From Thermosulfurimonas dismutans (lineage in GTDB: Bacteria > Desulfobacterota > Thermodesulfobacteria > Thermodesulfobacteriales > Thermodesulfobacteriaceae): a stretch of 32,000 nucleotides of DNA. The position numbers and the translations under genes were made by a program. The notes beneath the pieces are model-generated. The model did no database searches and was not told the origin of the DNA. It worked only from the letters and a program-made list of their open reading frames with translations. The DNA lies in contig NZ_LWLG01000006.1 of assembly GCF_001652585.1 (NCBI RefSeq), positions 1 through 32,000 on the forward strand. Reading direction: 5' to 3'. Every line of letters starts with the position of its first letter. The first letter of the stretch is position 1. Shown here piece after piece: positions 1 to 8,371 of this stretch.

Positions 1-1083
1 TAGAGAACCCTTATAAGTCAAACCTTCAATATTATAAATAGCTTTACCAAGAGCAATAAGAGGCTTTTTATGATATAATACCTGAGTTCCTACCGTGCTA
101 TTGATAAGTACTACTCCTAATGAATTTTTTATAAAAGTAGGCAAATGACAATCGTGAATATAAAAAACCCTTCTTTCAATCCTTAATTCTTTGGCTAAAT
201 TTTTAATTAACTTAGTGTAATCTTTATATCCTCTGTCTCTGGGGTGATGCTTGAACACTAAATAATGCTCTTTTTTTGCATGTATTGCAAAGGAATTCAT
301 TACATATTTAATGAAGTTTTCTACACAACTGAAATCTGAATGGATAACTACCTGAGAATCATTGTGAACCTGCAATGGAATTAAGAAATATTTATTTTTA
401 AGTTTTTTTAATATGTATTCCTTAAGTTCCTTCTCTTTTATTTGATAATAATACTTTCTGAAAATAGACCTAATCCAAGGAAGAGCTTCTTTATATAGAC
501 AAAAAGGGAAATATAAGCTCTTATGATGGCGATAGCGAGGAAAGATAGGATAAAGAATGTTAGCTGCTAAGTAATAAAGAATAGCCCAGATTACTTCGTG
601 CCAGAAAGGATTTCCTATCGGATTTGGATTTTCTATAAATTTTGGGGGTATATTTACCTTAGAATAATCAATATGTTGATTACACAATACCGAATAACCA
701 TTTACTCCATTTAACTCTAAAGTGACATAATTTGGTCTTATATAACCCTCTTCAAAAGAGCCAACTATAATCTTTTTTCGTTTACAAACTTCGCAAGCAA
801 TCTTATGCCATGGTCTCCAATCACTAAAAAGAAGAACAATATCAATCTTATATTTATCTATTATATCTTCCAAAAATTTTCTCCAGTGTTTCAAACTTTT
901 TCGGAAATTTATACACTCAAAAGGATAAAATAAAAGATCCCCACCATTAAAGTTAACCTTATAAACTTTGGCTCCAGCCTTTTCCAAATCTTTTTTTAGC
1001 CACCAGAAAAAGGGACCTCTTGGCCCTTGAAGAAGCAAAACATTTTTATTTTTGTAAAAATTCAGATTTTTTAAATAGGCCAT
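1..1083 (-). CDS. Capsule polysaccharide biosynthesis protein, KpsS-like (Capsule_synth family); 3' end runs off the window
   Basis: My own translation of the minus strand from ATG 1083..1081 stays open to position 1 (361 codons, no stop). It is absent from the ORF track. It starts MAYLKNLNFYKNKNVLLLQGPRGPFFWWLKKDLEKAGAKVYKVNFNGGD and later reads HHPRDRGYKDY...VVLINSTVGTQVLYHKKPLIALGKAIY. This is the pattern I recall for KpsS/KpsC capsule (Kdo-transferase type) proteins. About 30% GC. Confidence 0.6.
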   Translation of the reverse strand, partial: MAYLKNLNFYKNKNVLLLQGPRGPFFWWLKKDLEKAGAKVYKVNFNGGDLLFYPFECINFRKSLKHWRKFLEDIIDKYKIDIVLLFSDWRPWHKIACEVCKRKKIIVGSFEEGYIRPNYVTLELNGVNGYSVLCNQHIDYSKVNIPPKFIENPNPIGNPFWHEVIWAILYYLAANILYPIFPRYRHHKSLYFPFCLYKEALPWIRSIFRKYYYQIKEKELKEYILKKLKNKYFLIPLQVHNDSQVVIHSDFSCVENFIKYVMNSFAIHAKKEHYLVFKHHPRDRGYKDYTKLIKNLAKELRIERRVFYIHDCHLPTFIKNSLGVVLINSTVGTQVLYHKKPLIALGKAIYNIEGLTYKGSL

Positions 1084-1100
1084 TTCGACCAGAAATTATA

Positions 1101-2147
1101 TCAAAATTTTCTAATTTTTAAAAAGGGATCGAAAAGATTTTGCAATAATCCCCACAATTTTAACTTAAAAGGCAAATTTTTCTTCAAGTTAACAAGTTCA
1201 AAAATAGCTTCTTCCGCACTTATTCGGTTGCCATCTATCAAGCTTACATACATAGGATAAAGTAATAAAGCCCCAGCTACAAGCTCCTGAAGGCTTAATT
1301 TAATATTTCTTCTGGGATGAGGATAAATATCAGTGGTCAAGCCATAACCAGCATAAAAAGGATGTCCGTAGCAAGTTACGGGTTTTCCGGCAATGAGCGC
1401 TTCGAAACCGAACAAGGAGGTAAGAACATGCACCTCATCTGCGTATGAAATGATATCGTAACTGGAAGAATTTACACAGATCTCATCACAAAATTTCAAA
1501 AGCTCGCCTGGCTTATAACTTCCTTTCCGGTATCCTCCCACTACATCCGGATGTGGTTTATAAACTATGTAAGCATTTGGATTATGTTCTCTCACACTTT
1601 TTAGTAACTCTAAGTTAGTCTTTATATAAGGAGATCCGAACTTAATAGAAGCATCACTTTCTACTTGACCGGGAACAACAATTATTTTTTTATCCGTTCT
1701 TGGGGGTCTCCATTTTTTGTCAGTTGAGATATTATACTTCGTTATCTTGTAACGCCTCAATAATTCTATTACCCTCTGCGCTCGTTCCAAAATAACATTG
1801 TCAAATTTTCTCGCGAGCAAAATTTCCTCTAGATAGGAGGGCTTGGTTGCATCATAGTATATACCTATAGGATCAGCCACCAGAGAAATGGGTATAGATA
1901 ACCTTATGCCCAGTCCTATGGATCTAATAAACCCATCCTCTAAACGATACACTTCTACCGATTTATTGAAATTGACTCTTTCGTTCTCTAATGTACTTCC
2001 CCAGACCAATAATCTTATTTTGCCCTTCTTTTGACAGAGATCCTCGACTTCCTGCCTAGAAGATAGATTTCCTTTTACGGTGGGAAAAAATCTTTTTATT
2101 ATTCTTATTTTCCAGAGAGAAAATTTGTAGGTATAAAAGTCTTCCAC
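1101..2147 (-). CDS. Capsule polysaccharide biosynthesis protein, KpsC/KpsS (Capsule_synth) family
   Basis: 348-aa ORF containing VYRLEDGFIRSIGLGIRLSIPISLVADPIGIYYDATKPSYLEEILL. This fits the EDGF.RS.GLG...D..GIYYDA..PS.LE signature recalled for KpsC/KpsS. It ends 17 nt upstream of the co-oriented KpsS-like gene. Low GC. Confidence 0.6.
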   Translation of the reverse strand: MEDFYTYKFSLWKIRIIKRFFPTVKGNLSSRQEVEDLCQKKGKIRLLVWGSTLENERVNFNKSVEVYRLEDGFIRSIGLGIRLSIPISLVADPIGIYYDATKPSYLEEILLARKFDNVILERAQRVIELLRRYKITKYNISTDKKWRPPRTDKKIIVVPGQVESDASIKFGSPYIKTNLELLKSVREHNPNAYIVYKPHPDVVGGYRKGSYKPGELLKFCDEICVNSSSYDIISYADEVHVLTSLFGFEALIAGKPVTCYGHPFYAGYGLTTDIYPHPRRNIKLSLQELVAGALLLYPMYVSLIDGNRISAEEAIFELVNLKKNLPFKLKLWGLLQNLFDPFLKIRKF

Positions 2148-2369
2148 AGTAAGCTTCTTTATTCCGGGAATTTGGACCTTTTAATTACAAAATTTCCGGG
2201 TGCTTTTCAAGCCCCTTTTTGCAGAAACGAAGATCTTATATCGTAAGGTTTTAGGTTCTAAAGAGCTCGGTGCTGAGGTATCTCTCCCCGGTGACCTGCC
2301 CCTCATTTTTCGAACCACTTGGAGTGTTAGGATTTATAGATCCAAAATCTAAATCGATGGAGGTAAGCA

Positions 2370-2756
2370 ATGAAAAAGTTCTCTATTGACCAGCTCATCA
2401 AAATCCTGGCCGAGGCAGACACCCCAGGAAACTCCGTAGCCGCTACCGCCAGAAAATACGGCGTTTCCGAGCAAACCATCTATAGATGGCGAAAAAAATA
2501 TCGCGGTTTCTCTGCCTCCGAAGCTAAACGCTTAAAAGCCCTCGAAGAAGAAAATGCACGCCTCAAACGATTGCTCGCCGAAAAAGAACTCGAAATCCAG
2601 GCCTTAACACAGGTGATTAAAAAAATTTCTGACTCGGGAGGAAAAGAAAATGTTGGCTTCCCTATTGGTACAAGAGGGTCTTTCTCTAAACAAAGCCCTC
2701 CGCCTCATAGGCCTTTCCAAGTCTTCCTACTTTTATCGGAGCAAAAAGGCCTCTGA
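2370..2756 (+). CDS. IS3-family transposase OrfA (HTH_Tnp_1-like)
   Basis: MKKFSIDQLIKILAEADTPGNSVAATARKYGVSEQTIYRWRKKYRGFSASEAKRLKALEEENARLKRLLAEKELE is a typical IS3/IS911 OrfA helix-turn-helix plus coiled coil. GGAGG lies upstream of the ATG. Confidence 0.75.
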   Translation: MKKFSIDQLIKILAEADTPGNSVAATARKYGVSEQTIYRWRKKYRGFSASEAKRLKALEEENARLKRLLAEKELEIQALTQVIKKISDSGGKENVGFPIGTRGSFSKQSPPPHRPFQVFLLLSEQKGL

Positions 2757-2943
2757 GGAAGAAAAATTGGCTAAAAGGCTAAGGGAGCTTGCCCTGGAAA
2801 AGCCAGTTTATGGTTATCGGAGGCTCTGGGCTCTTCTTAAGCGAGAAGGCTTTAAGGTGGGTCTTAAAAGGCTTTACACCTTGTATCGGAAGTTAGGCCT
2901 GGGGCTTTCTTCCCGCAAGAGACGAGGCTACCGAAAGACCTAA
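2617..2943 (+). pseudogene. IS3-family OrfB, N-terminal fragment only (no integrase core)
   Basis: This frame is open from 2617, directly after a TGA. It reads ...SLNKALRLIGLSKSSYFYR...PVYGYRRLWALLKREGFKVGLKRLYTLYRKLGL..SRKRR and stops at 2943, where IS3 OrfB proteins normally continue into the DDE domain. Confidence 0.65.
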
Positions 2944-3083
2944 AATCCGGCGCTTGTCAAGTTTTCTGTGTCTAGACCAAGAGGTTCTCATTTTTTAACC
3001 TTTCCTCGAAAAGATATCTCAGGAGGTGAGCCACCCGCTGGTATTTCCAGTTGACCCTCCTCCACCTGCCCTCTAGCAATTCC

Positions 3084-3410
3084 TTAGCTAGCACCCCATA
3101 CCTGAAGTCCCGATCCCGTTCCGAATGGAAATAACCCCCACAGGCCTACCTTATAAAGTTGAATATCCGTCTGAGGAAAAAGGCTTGAGGTGAGGCCCAG
3201 GAGTCCAGGGTAAGCCCTAGAGCCACCTATCTGTAGTGTTCTTTCGTAGAAGCCGTTTCCCTTGTCATGGGGATGTTTCTTGAGGTGGATGGCGCGGTGT
3301 GCCAGAGCCAGGCCATTAAAGATGGAGGTGAGGAGGTTTTTAGGGGTGAAGTTTTCCCAGTTCTGGATTTCCTCTAGCAATTCTTCGGGGAAGGGGTTAT
3401 GCTTTTTCAT
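3084..3410 (-). pseudogene. IS256-family (mutator-type) transposase, N-terminal fragment
   Basis: GGAGGTGATACC precedes ATG 3410 (MKKHNPFPEELLEEIQNW...). LALAHRAIHLKKHPHDKGNGFYERTLQIGG resembles the N-terminal NG.YER.L region of IS256-type transposases. After about 65 aa the sequence stops looking like protein and ends at ~108 aa, against ~400 aa for intact enzymes. Confidence 0.45.
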
Positions 3411-3558
3411 GGTATCACCTCCGTTTGTAGTTTTTTCCTTGTGGAGGGGCCCCACTAGGGGCTCCCTCTCCTTTTATCCCCCGGACACAAAATTTTGAAT
3501 ACCACCCGGAAAGTCAAAGTTGATCAAAAACGAATACTGGCGGTTATTAGGGCCAGGT

Positions 3559-3582
3559 TATGGACACCAATATGGACACCAA
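3559..3582. repeat. Perfect tandem direct repeat TATGGACACCAA x2
   Basis: Read directly: 3559..3570 and 3571..3582 are identical 12-mers. They lie between the IS256-type fragment and tRNA-Glu. Confidence 0.9.
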
Positions 3583-3626
3583 GGCAAGTTATAAAGCAGG
3601 GGGTGTCCGGAAACCCTTGAAACCAC

Positions 3627-3702
3627 TGGCGGCCCCACCGGGACTCGAACCCGGGTCTCTGGCGTGAGAGGCCAGTATCCTAGGCCGCTAGACGATGGGG
3701 CC
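3627..3702 (-). tRNA. tRNA-Glu (anticodon CTC)
   Basis: The reverse complement folds as a cloverleaf: GGCCCCA UC GUCU AGCGGCCUA GGAU A CUGGC CUCUCAC GCCAG AGAC CCGGG UUCGAGU CCCGG UGGGGCC G CCA. It resembles E. coli tRNA-Glu closely, and CCA is encoded. Confidence 0.9.
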
Positions 3703-3788
3703 GCAGACGCTATAAAACTAACCTCCGCCTCGTTACCTGTCAAGGAAGACTTGCGGTCTTTTTGTCCTCCGGTTTATCCTTGGGCTAA

Positions 3789-6074
3789 ATGAGATTCCAG
3801 GATGTCACCACTCACAACCTCAAAATCGAAGAGCTGAGCCTTCCGGAAAGGGCCCTCATTGTGATTACCGGGCCCTCTGGTTCAGGAAAGAGTTCGCTAG
3901 CTTTAGATACCATTGTAGTCGAAGGGCAGAGACGTTACCTCTCGGCCCTAGCCTTATCTCAAGAGGTGAAGATTCCTCCCCCACCGGATCTAAAGGAGGC
4001 TTCGGGCATACCACCTACCGTAGCTCTCCCTCAGAGGGTTCCCCCTCCGAATCCCCGTTCCACGGTAGGCACGGTAAGCAGGCTTTTAGAAGTGCTGAGG
4101 AGTCTTTTTTCTGAGCTCGGAGAAACTACCTGCCAGGGCTGCGGAGAACCTGTTCGGACTTCCACTATCTCCGAACTTTTGGCCTTTTTTGGGGAGCTTT
4201 TGCCCGGAACCAAGCTTATCGTTCTGGCTCCACTTAGCAAACCCTCCCCCAAGGCCATTTCCTATTTGCTCTCGGAAGGTTTCGGCCGTTTCGTAATCGA
4301 CGGCCAGGAGCTTGACCTCACGGAGGAGCCCCTACCGGATAGCTTTGAACGGGTGGAAGTAGTTATCGACCGCTTGATAAAGAGAGAAGGCACTGAAATC
4401 CGTTTCCTTGAAGCCCTAAGGCTTGCCGAAGGCCTATCCGGAGGGCCAGTAAAAATAAAAGTCCTAGAGGGATCAGAATATAAATTCACCCTCAAAAACC
4501 GATGCCCTCATTGCCTTTTAGAAGTCCCAGGACTCTCTCCAGAAAGTTTTTCTTTCAACCATCCCCGGGGTGCTTGCCCGGAATGTGGAGGCCTCGGGGA
4601 AAAAGACGGAAGCCCGTGTCCCCACTGCGGTGGGCTGAGGCTCAGGCCGGAAAGTCTTTCGGTTCGTTTCGGTGGGAAACAGGTCTCGGAGATCCTTGAG
4701 CTCCCACTTGAAGAACTCCATGACTTCCTTGAAGAGCTGACCTTTAGCGGCCTTGCGAAAAGGCTCTTCCTCCCCTTTAGGGAAAGGGCCTTATCGGTCC
4801 TTACCACCCTTATCGAGCTCGGTCTGGGGCATCTCCACCTTCTTTCCCCTTTTCATCGACTCTCCACCGGCGAGAGAAAGCGGATAGAGATTGCAAGCCT
4901 CCTTTCAACCGGGCTTTCGGGCTGTGTCTTCGTGCTGGACGAACCCAGTCTAGGACTTGCCCTTCAGGAAAAGGAAAAACTCCTGGTTTTCATAAAGAAA
5001 CTCGTACTTTCCGGAAACACGGTTATCCTGGTGGAACACGACCCCTTCTTCATCAAGGCTGCGGACTTGATAGTAGAACTCGGCCCAGGGGCCGGAGAAC
5101 ATGGAGGCCGGCTTCTTTTTGTGGGGTCTCCGGAGGAGCTTTCCCTAAGGGCGGATCTTCCCACCGGGGCCTTTCTTTCCGGCACAAGACGCCTAAAACG
5201 TCAAATCCGACCAACCAAAGGCACGTTAACAGTCCTCTGTGGACCTTCCGGAAGCGGAAAGACTCAGTATCTCAAAAAACTCGCAGAAGACCTCTCCGCC
5301 GAAGGGCAGGCCGTTCTTTTCATTTGCGGCGAGATCCCGGGAAAGTTAAAAGGCCTAGTAGCCAGTTTCATCGGTATCTTCAACGAGATACGCCGTCTTT
5401 TTGCCGAGACCCCCAAGGCCCGAGCCTTGAACCTCAAGCCCGCACACTTCAGTCCATTCTCCCCGGAGGGCAGATGCCCGCTCTGCCGGGGCGAGGGCCG
5501 AAGGATACTTCGAATCTCGGGAATACCAGAAACCGAAGTCCTCTGTGAAGAATGTGGAGGCACGGGTCTCAAACCCGAGGTCATGAAAGTCACCTACCGA
5601 GGGCTCACCCTCCCTGAGGTCCTTGGACTTACCGTGGAGGAGGCCCTCAATCTTTTTGCCCGCATTCCGAAGATAAACGAAACCTTGCTCTTCCTCTCAG
5701 AAAACGGCCTCTCCTACCTTAGGCTCGGTCAGCCCTTAAGGACCCTTTCCGGCGGAGAGAAGCTCCGCCTACGACTCTTTCGAGAGCTTTCAGCCCGCAG
5801 GTCAGCCGATTTCATCCTCCTCGACCTACCCTCCATGGGGCTTCACCTTACGGACCTCGAAAGACTTCTAGCCCTCTTCGAAAAACTTACGGCCGCGGGC
5901 AAAAAACTCATCCTGGCCGAAAACCATCCGGCCCTCATTCTCCTCGCAGATGAGGTCTGGCTCATGGAAAGAGGCCGCCCCGTATTTCGGGGAAAGGCAA
6001 AGGAATTACTGGAATTCGAACACCCCTTTACCAGGGGACTTGAGAAATACCTTTCCTTGGTGGAGATTCCATGA
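3789..6074 (+). CDS. UvrA-like ABC ATPase, short and divergent (761 aa)
   Basis: N-terminus HNLKIEELSLPERALIVITGPSGSGKSSLALDTIVVEGQRRYL plus NPRSTVGTV. Zinc-finger cysteines CPHC...CPECGGLG...CPHCGG. First ATP site: LSTGERKRIEIA and VFVLDEPSLGL...LVEHD...GPGAGEHGG. Second Walker A: GPSGSGKT. Second signature: LSGGEKLRLRL. It is about 180 aa shorter than the canonical ~940-aa UvrA. Confidence 0.7.
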   Translation: MRFQDVTTHNLKIEELSLPERALIVITGPSGSGKSSLALDTIVVEGQRRYLSALALSQEVKIPPPPDLKEASGIPPTVALPQRVPPPNPRSTVGTVSRLLEVLRSLFSELGETTCQGCGEPVRTSTISELLAFFGELLPGTKLIVLAPLSKPSPKAISYLLSEGFGRFVIDGQELDLTEEPLPDSFERVEVVIDRLIKREGTEIRFLEALRLAEGLSGGPVKIKVLEGSEYKFTLKNRCPHCLLEVPGLSPESFSFNHPRGACPECGGLGEKDGSPCPHCGGLRLRPESLSVRFGGKQVSEILELPLEELHDFLEELTFSGLAKRLFLPFRERALSVLTTLIELGLGHLHLLSPFHRLSTGERKRIEIASLLSTGLSGCVFVLDEPSLGLALQEKEKLLVFIKKLVLSGNTVILVEHDPFFIKAADLIVELGPGAGEHGGRLLFVGSPEELSLRADLPTGAFLSGTRRLKRQIRPTKGTLTVLCGPSGSGKTQYLKKLAEDLSAEGQAVLFICGEIPGKLKGLVASFIGIFNEIRRLFAETPKARALNLKPAHFSPFSPEGRCPLCRGEGRRILRISGIPETEVLCEECGGTGLKPEVMKVTYRGLTLPEVLGLTVEEALNLFARIPKINETLLFLSENGLSYLRLGQPLRTLSGGEKLRLRLFRELSARRSADFILLDLPSMGLHLTDLERLLALFEKLTAAGKKLILAENHPALILLADEVWLMERGRPVFRGKAKELLEFEHPFTRGLEKYLSLVEIP

Positions 6075-6628
6075 GAATCACTGGCGGCACGGTCAGAGGG
6101 CTGAAACTCATTTCCCCTAGAATCTCGGGAGTCCGACCCATGACCGAAAGGACGAGAAAGGCCCTTTTCGATATCTTAGGCCCGCGGGTCTGCGGGGCAA
6201 GGGTGCTCGATCTTTTTTCCGGGACAGGAGCCCTCGGGCTTGAGGCCCTGTCCCGGGGAGCAGAAGAAGTCATCTTTGCAGAGGCCTCTCCTCGCATGGT
6301 GAAGGTCATCCTTGAAAATCTCAAAAGGGCCGGATTCCAAAAGAAGGCCCGGGTGCTTAAGGCCCAACTTCCCCGCGACCTCAAGCGTCTTCCAGAAGGA
6401 CCCTACGATCTCATCTTTATCACACCACCTTACGGTACGGGCCTGGGTCAGGAAACTCTAGTCCAGATAAAAGCCTCCTTTCTTGCCGAAGGGGGACTCA
6501 TCGTGGTAGAAGAAAGAAAGCAAGAGAGCTTCTCAGTAGAGAATACCCCTTGGGAACTAGTGGAAATCCGGAAGTATGGTGAAACAGCACTCTATTTCCT
6601 GAGGAGAAAAGATGGAGCACGAGATTAA
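6071..6628 (+). CDS. rsmD: 16S rRNA (guanine966-N2)-methyltransferase RsmD
   Basis: MRITGGTVRGLKLISP...RPMTERTRKALFDILG...VLDLFSGTGALGLEALSRGA...ITPPYG. There is an ATGA overlap with the upstream stop. The rsmD-coaD pairing is a conserved arrangement. Confidence 0.8.
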   Translation: MRITGGTVRGLKLISPRISGVRPMTERTRKALFDILGPRVCGARVLDLFSGTGALGLEALSRGAEEVIFAEASPRMVKVILENLKRAGFQKKARVLKAQLPRDLKRLPEGPYDLIFITPPYGTGLGQETLVQIKASFLAEGGLIVVEERKQESFSVENTPWELVEIRKYGETALYFLRRKDGARD

Positions 6629-7124
6629 GATTGCAGTATATCCCGGAACCTTCGATCCTGTAACCTACGGACACCTCGATCTCATCAAGCGAGCCCTAAA
6701 GCTCTTCGACCATGTCATCGTAGCCATTGGGGAGAATCCGACCAAAAAGCCCCTATTTTCCCTAGAAGAAAGACTCGAAATGCTGCAAGAAGCGGTCAAA
6801 GAGATACCGGACAGAGACCGACTGGAGATCACGAGTTTCTCGGGCCTGCTGGTAGATTTCGTCCGGAAAAGGGGGGCCCGAGCCATCGTGCGGGGACTGA
6901 GAGCGGTCTCGGATTTCGAATACGAGTTCCAGCTGGCCTTGATGAATCGACGTCTGGCCCGGGACATAGACACTATCTTCCTTATGCCTGGTTTCCGGTG
7001 GATCTTCATCAGTTCCACCATCATCAAGGAGGCCGCCAAATTTGGAGGTTCGGTGGATGGCCTGGTCCCTCCAGTGGTGGCGAAGAAATTAAAAGAGAAA
7101 TTCTCTTCTCAAGAAGGTTCCTAA
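6612..7124 (+). CDS. coaD: Phosphopantetheine adenylyltransferase
   Basis: IAVYPGTFDPVTYGHLDLIKRA...AIVRGLRAVSDFEYEFQLALMNR...ISSTIIKE is the canonical CoaD pattern. 170 aa. Confidence 0.92.
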   Translation: MEHEIKIAVYPGTFDPVTYGHLDLIKRALKLFDHVIVAIGENPTKKPLFSLEERLEMLQEAVKEIPDRDRLEITSFSGLLVDFVRKRGARAIVRGLRAVSDFEYEFQLALMNRRLARDIDTIFLMPGFRWIFISSTIIKEAAKFGGSVDGLVPPVVAKKLKEKFSSQEGS

Positions 7125-7877
7125 GTGTTTATCTTCCTCTGCCTTCTGTTGGTATCTCTATCCATCCAGTCTGCCAAAGCCCAGGACCTTTACTTTGAGT
7201 ACCGGGTCTCCTGGGAGTTTATCTTCATAGGGAAGATCGAAATTTGGAAAAAGGAAGGTCAGGCGGTGGCCTATGCCCGCACCACCGGGCTAGGGGCCTT
7301 CATTTTCCCCTTCAAATCTCTCTGGCGAACGGAGACCAACCAGGCAGGAGAACCCGTAAAGACCGAAATAGAAGTCCTAGAAAGAGGGCACCCGAAAAGA
7401 AAACGTATATTCTTTGACCGAAAAAATGGTTGCGTAATTAAAGAAAAGATCACTTTCGAAAAACATCGGCGCGATACCTTTCCGGCAAATTTTCCCCTTT
7501 TTGACGAACTTACCGGATTCCTGGCAGCCCTTACCTTAAACTGGGACTCCCCGGGGCAGATCTATACCCTCCCCATCTTTGCGGGGAAAAAGACACACTT
7601 CGCTCGTCTCCTCTTCAAAGGGCAGAAAGAGATCAAAACTTTCCGGGGATGGGAAAGGGTTTTGGAAATTGAGGTAAGCCTTCCTTTTGAAAGTGAACTC
7701 ATCAAACGCTCACAAAAAATTCGAGTCTATCTTTCGATGGAGGGACTCCCTGTGGTAGTAGAAGGTGATATTCGTCTGGGACATCTTACGGCCTATCTCA
7801 CGCGGGTTTCAACTTCAGGCTCTGCCCCGCCACCACCAGAAGCACTTCTTCACAGCGTTCTGAAAGCTCCCGATTGA
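7125..7877 (+). CDS. Hypothetical exported protein (possibly DUF3108-like)
   Basis: GTG start immediately after the coaD stop. The N-terminal signal peptide is FIFLCLLLVSLSIQSAKA/QD. The family call rests on weak memory only. The last ~26 codons overlap cobU antisense. Confidence 0.5.
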   Translation: MFIFLCLLLVSLSIQSAKAQDLYFEYRVSWEFIFIGKIEIWKKEGQAVAYARTTGLGAFIFPFKSLWRTETNQAGEPVKTEIEVLERGHPKRKRIFFDRKNGCVIKEKITFEKHRRDTFPANFPLFDELTGFLAALTLNWDSPGQIYTLPIFAGKKTHFARLLFKGQKEIKTFRGWERVLEIEVSLPFESELIKRSQKIRVYLSMEGLPVVVEGDIRLGHLTAYLTRVSTSGSAPPPPEALLHSVLKAPD

Positions 7878-8301
7878 GTTCCCCGAGGAGATTGACGTAG
7901 CGTCGGGTCAAGGCATCGGCCGCTACCGGAGCCAAACCGATTTCGTTTGAGACCAGAATAAGCCGGCCCGCAAAATCTTTAACCGCGGAATAGAGACTTC
8001 CAAAGTACTCATGAGGTTCCTTCCCGTAATGGAGAAGGTTCCCTAGCCATACCGTAAGGCAGTCCACCACCACAGTCTTTCCGGAAATACGCCTCAAGAC
8101 CTCCGGAAGCTCCAACGGTTCTTCCACCGTGAGGAAAGTCTCTCCCCGCTCTCGCCGGTGTCTCTCAATCTTTTCGGCCATTTCAGGATCAGTGGCCTCC
8201 GCGGTGGCCACAAAGATCCTGGGGGATGGAGCCGAAAGGGCCAACTTCAACGCCAGATGACTCTTTCCCGAAGCTATGCCACCCAGGATCAGAGTTCGCA
8301 T
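7798..8301 (-). CDS. cobU: Adenosylcobinamide kinase / adenosylcobinamide-phosphate guanylyltransferase
   Basis: MRTLILGGIASGKSHLALKLA (P-loop)...IFVATAEATDPEMAEKIERHRRERG...TVEEP. 167 aa, a typical CobU/CobP length. Confidence 0.85.
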   Translation of the reverse strand: MRTLILGGIASGKSHLALKLALSAPSPRIFVATAEATDPEMAEKIERHRRERGETFLTVEEPLELPEVLRRISGKTVVVDCLTVWLGNLLHYGKEPHEYFGSLYSAVKDFAGRLILVSNEIGLAPVAADALTRRYVNLLGELNRELSERCEEVLLVVAGQSLKLKPA

Positions 8302-8371
8302 CTTGAAACCTTGCTTTTACTTTATTTTTGGCTTAAAGAAAAGGCAATCTCTCAAAAAGGGAGGGCCCTCG

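Larger units (their letters stand above)
2292..2943 (+). mobile_element. IS3-family insertion sequence, 3'-truncated remnant
   Basis: orfA (HTH) is followed by an overlapping orfB that has only its N-terminal part and no DDE/rve core. A candidate left end, TGACCTGCCCC, starts at 2292, 78 nt before orfA. IS3 ends usually begin with TG; this is recalled, not verified. No right end was found. Confidence 0.55.

Noticed and set aside
3558-3743. 61-aa minus-strand ORF
   Set aside because: It lies across tRNA-Glu (3627..3702) on the same strand. It is an artefact of translating a tRNA gene.
8276-8371. ORF-track start of valS at 8276 (extra 32 aa, MPPRIRVRILKPCF...)
   Set aside because: The extension overlaps the cobU start region and does not look like ValS. 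GTG 8372 has a GGAGGG SD and gives the conserved ValS N-terminus.
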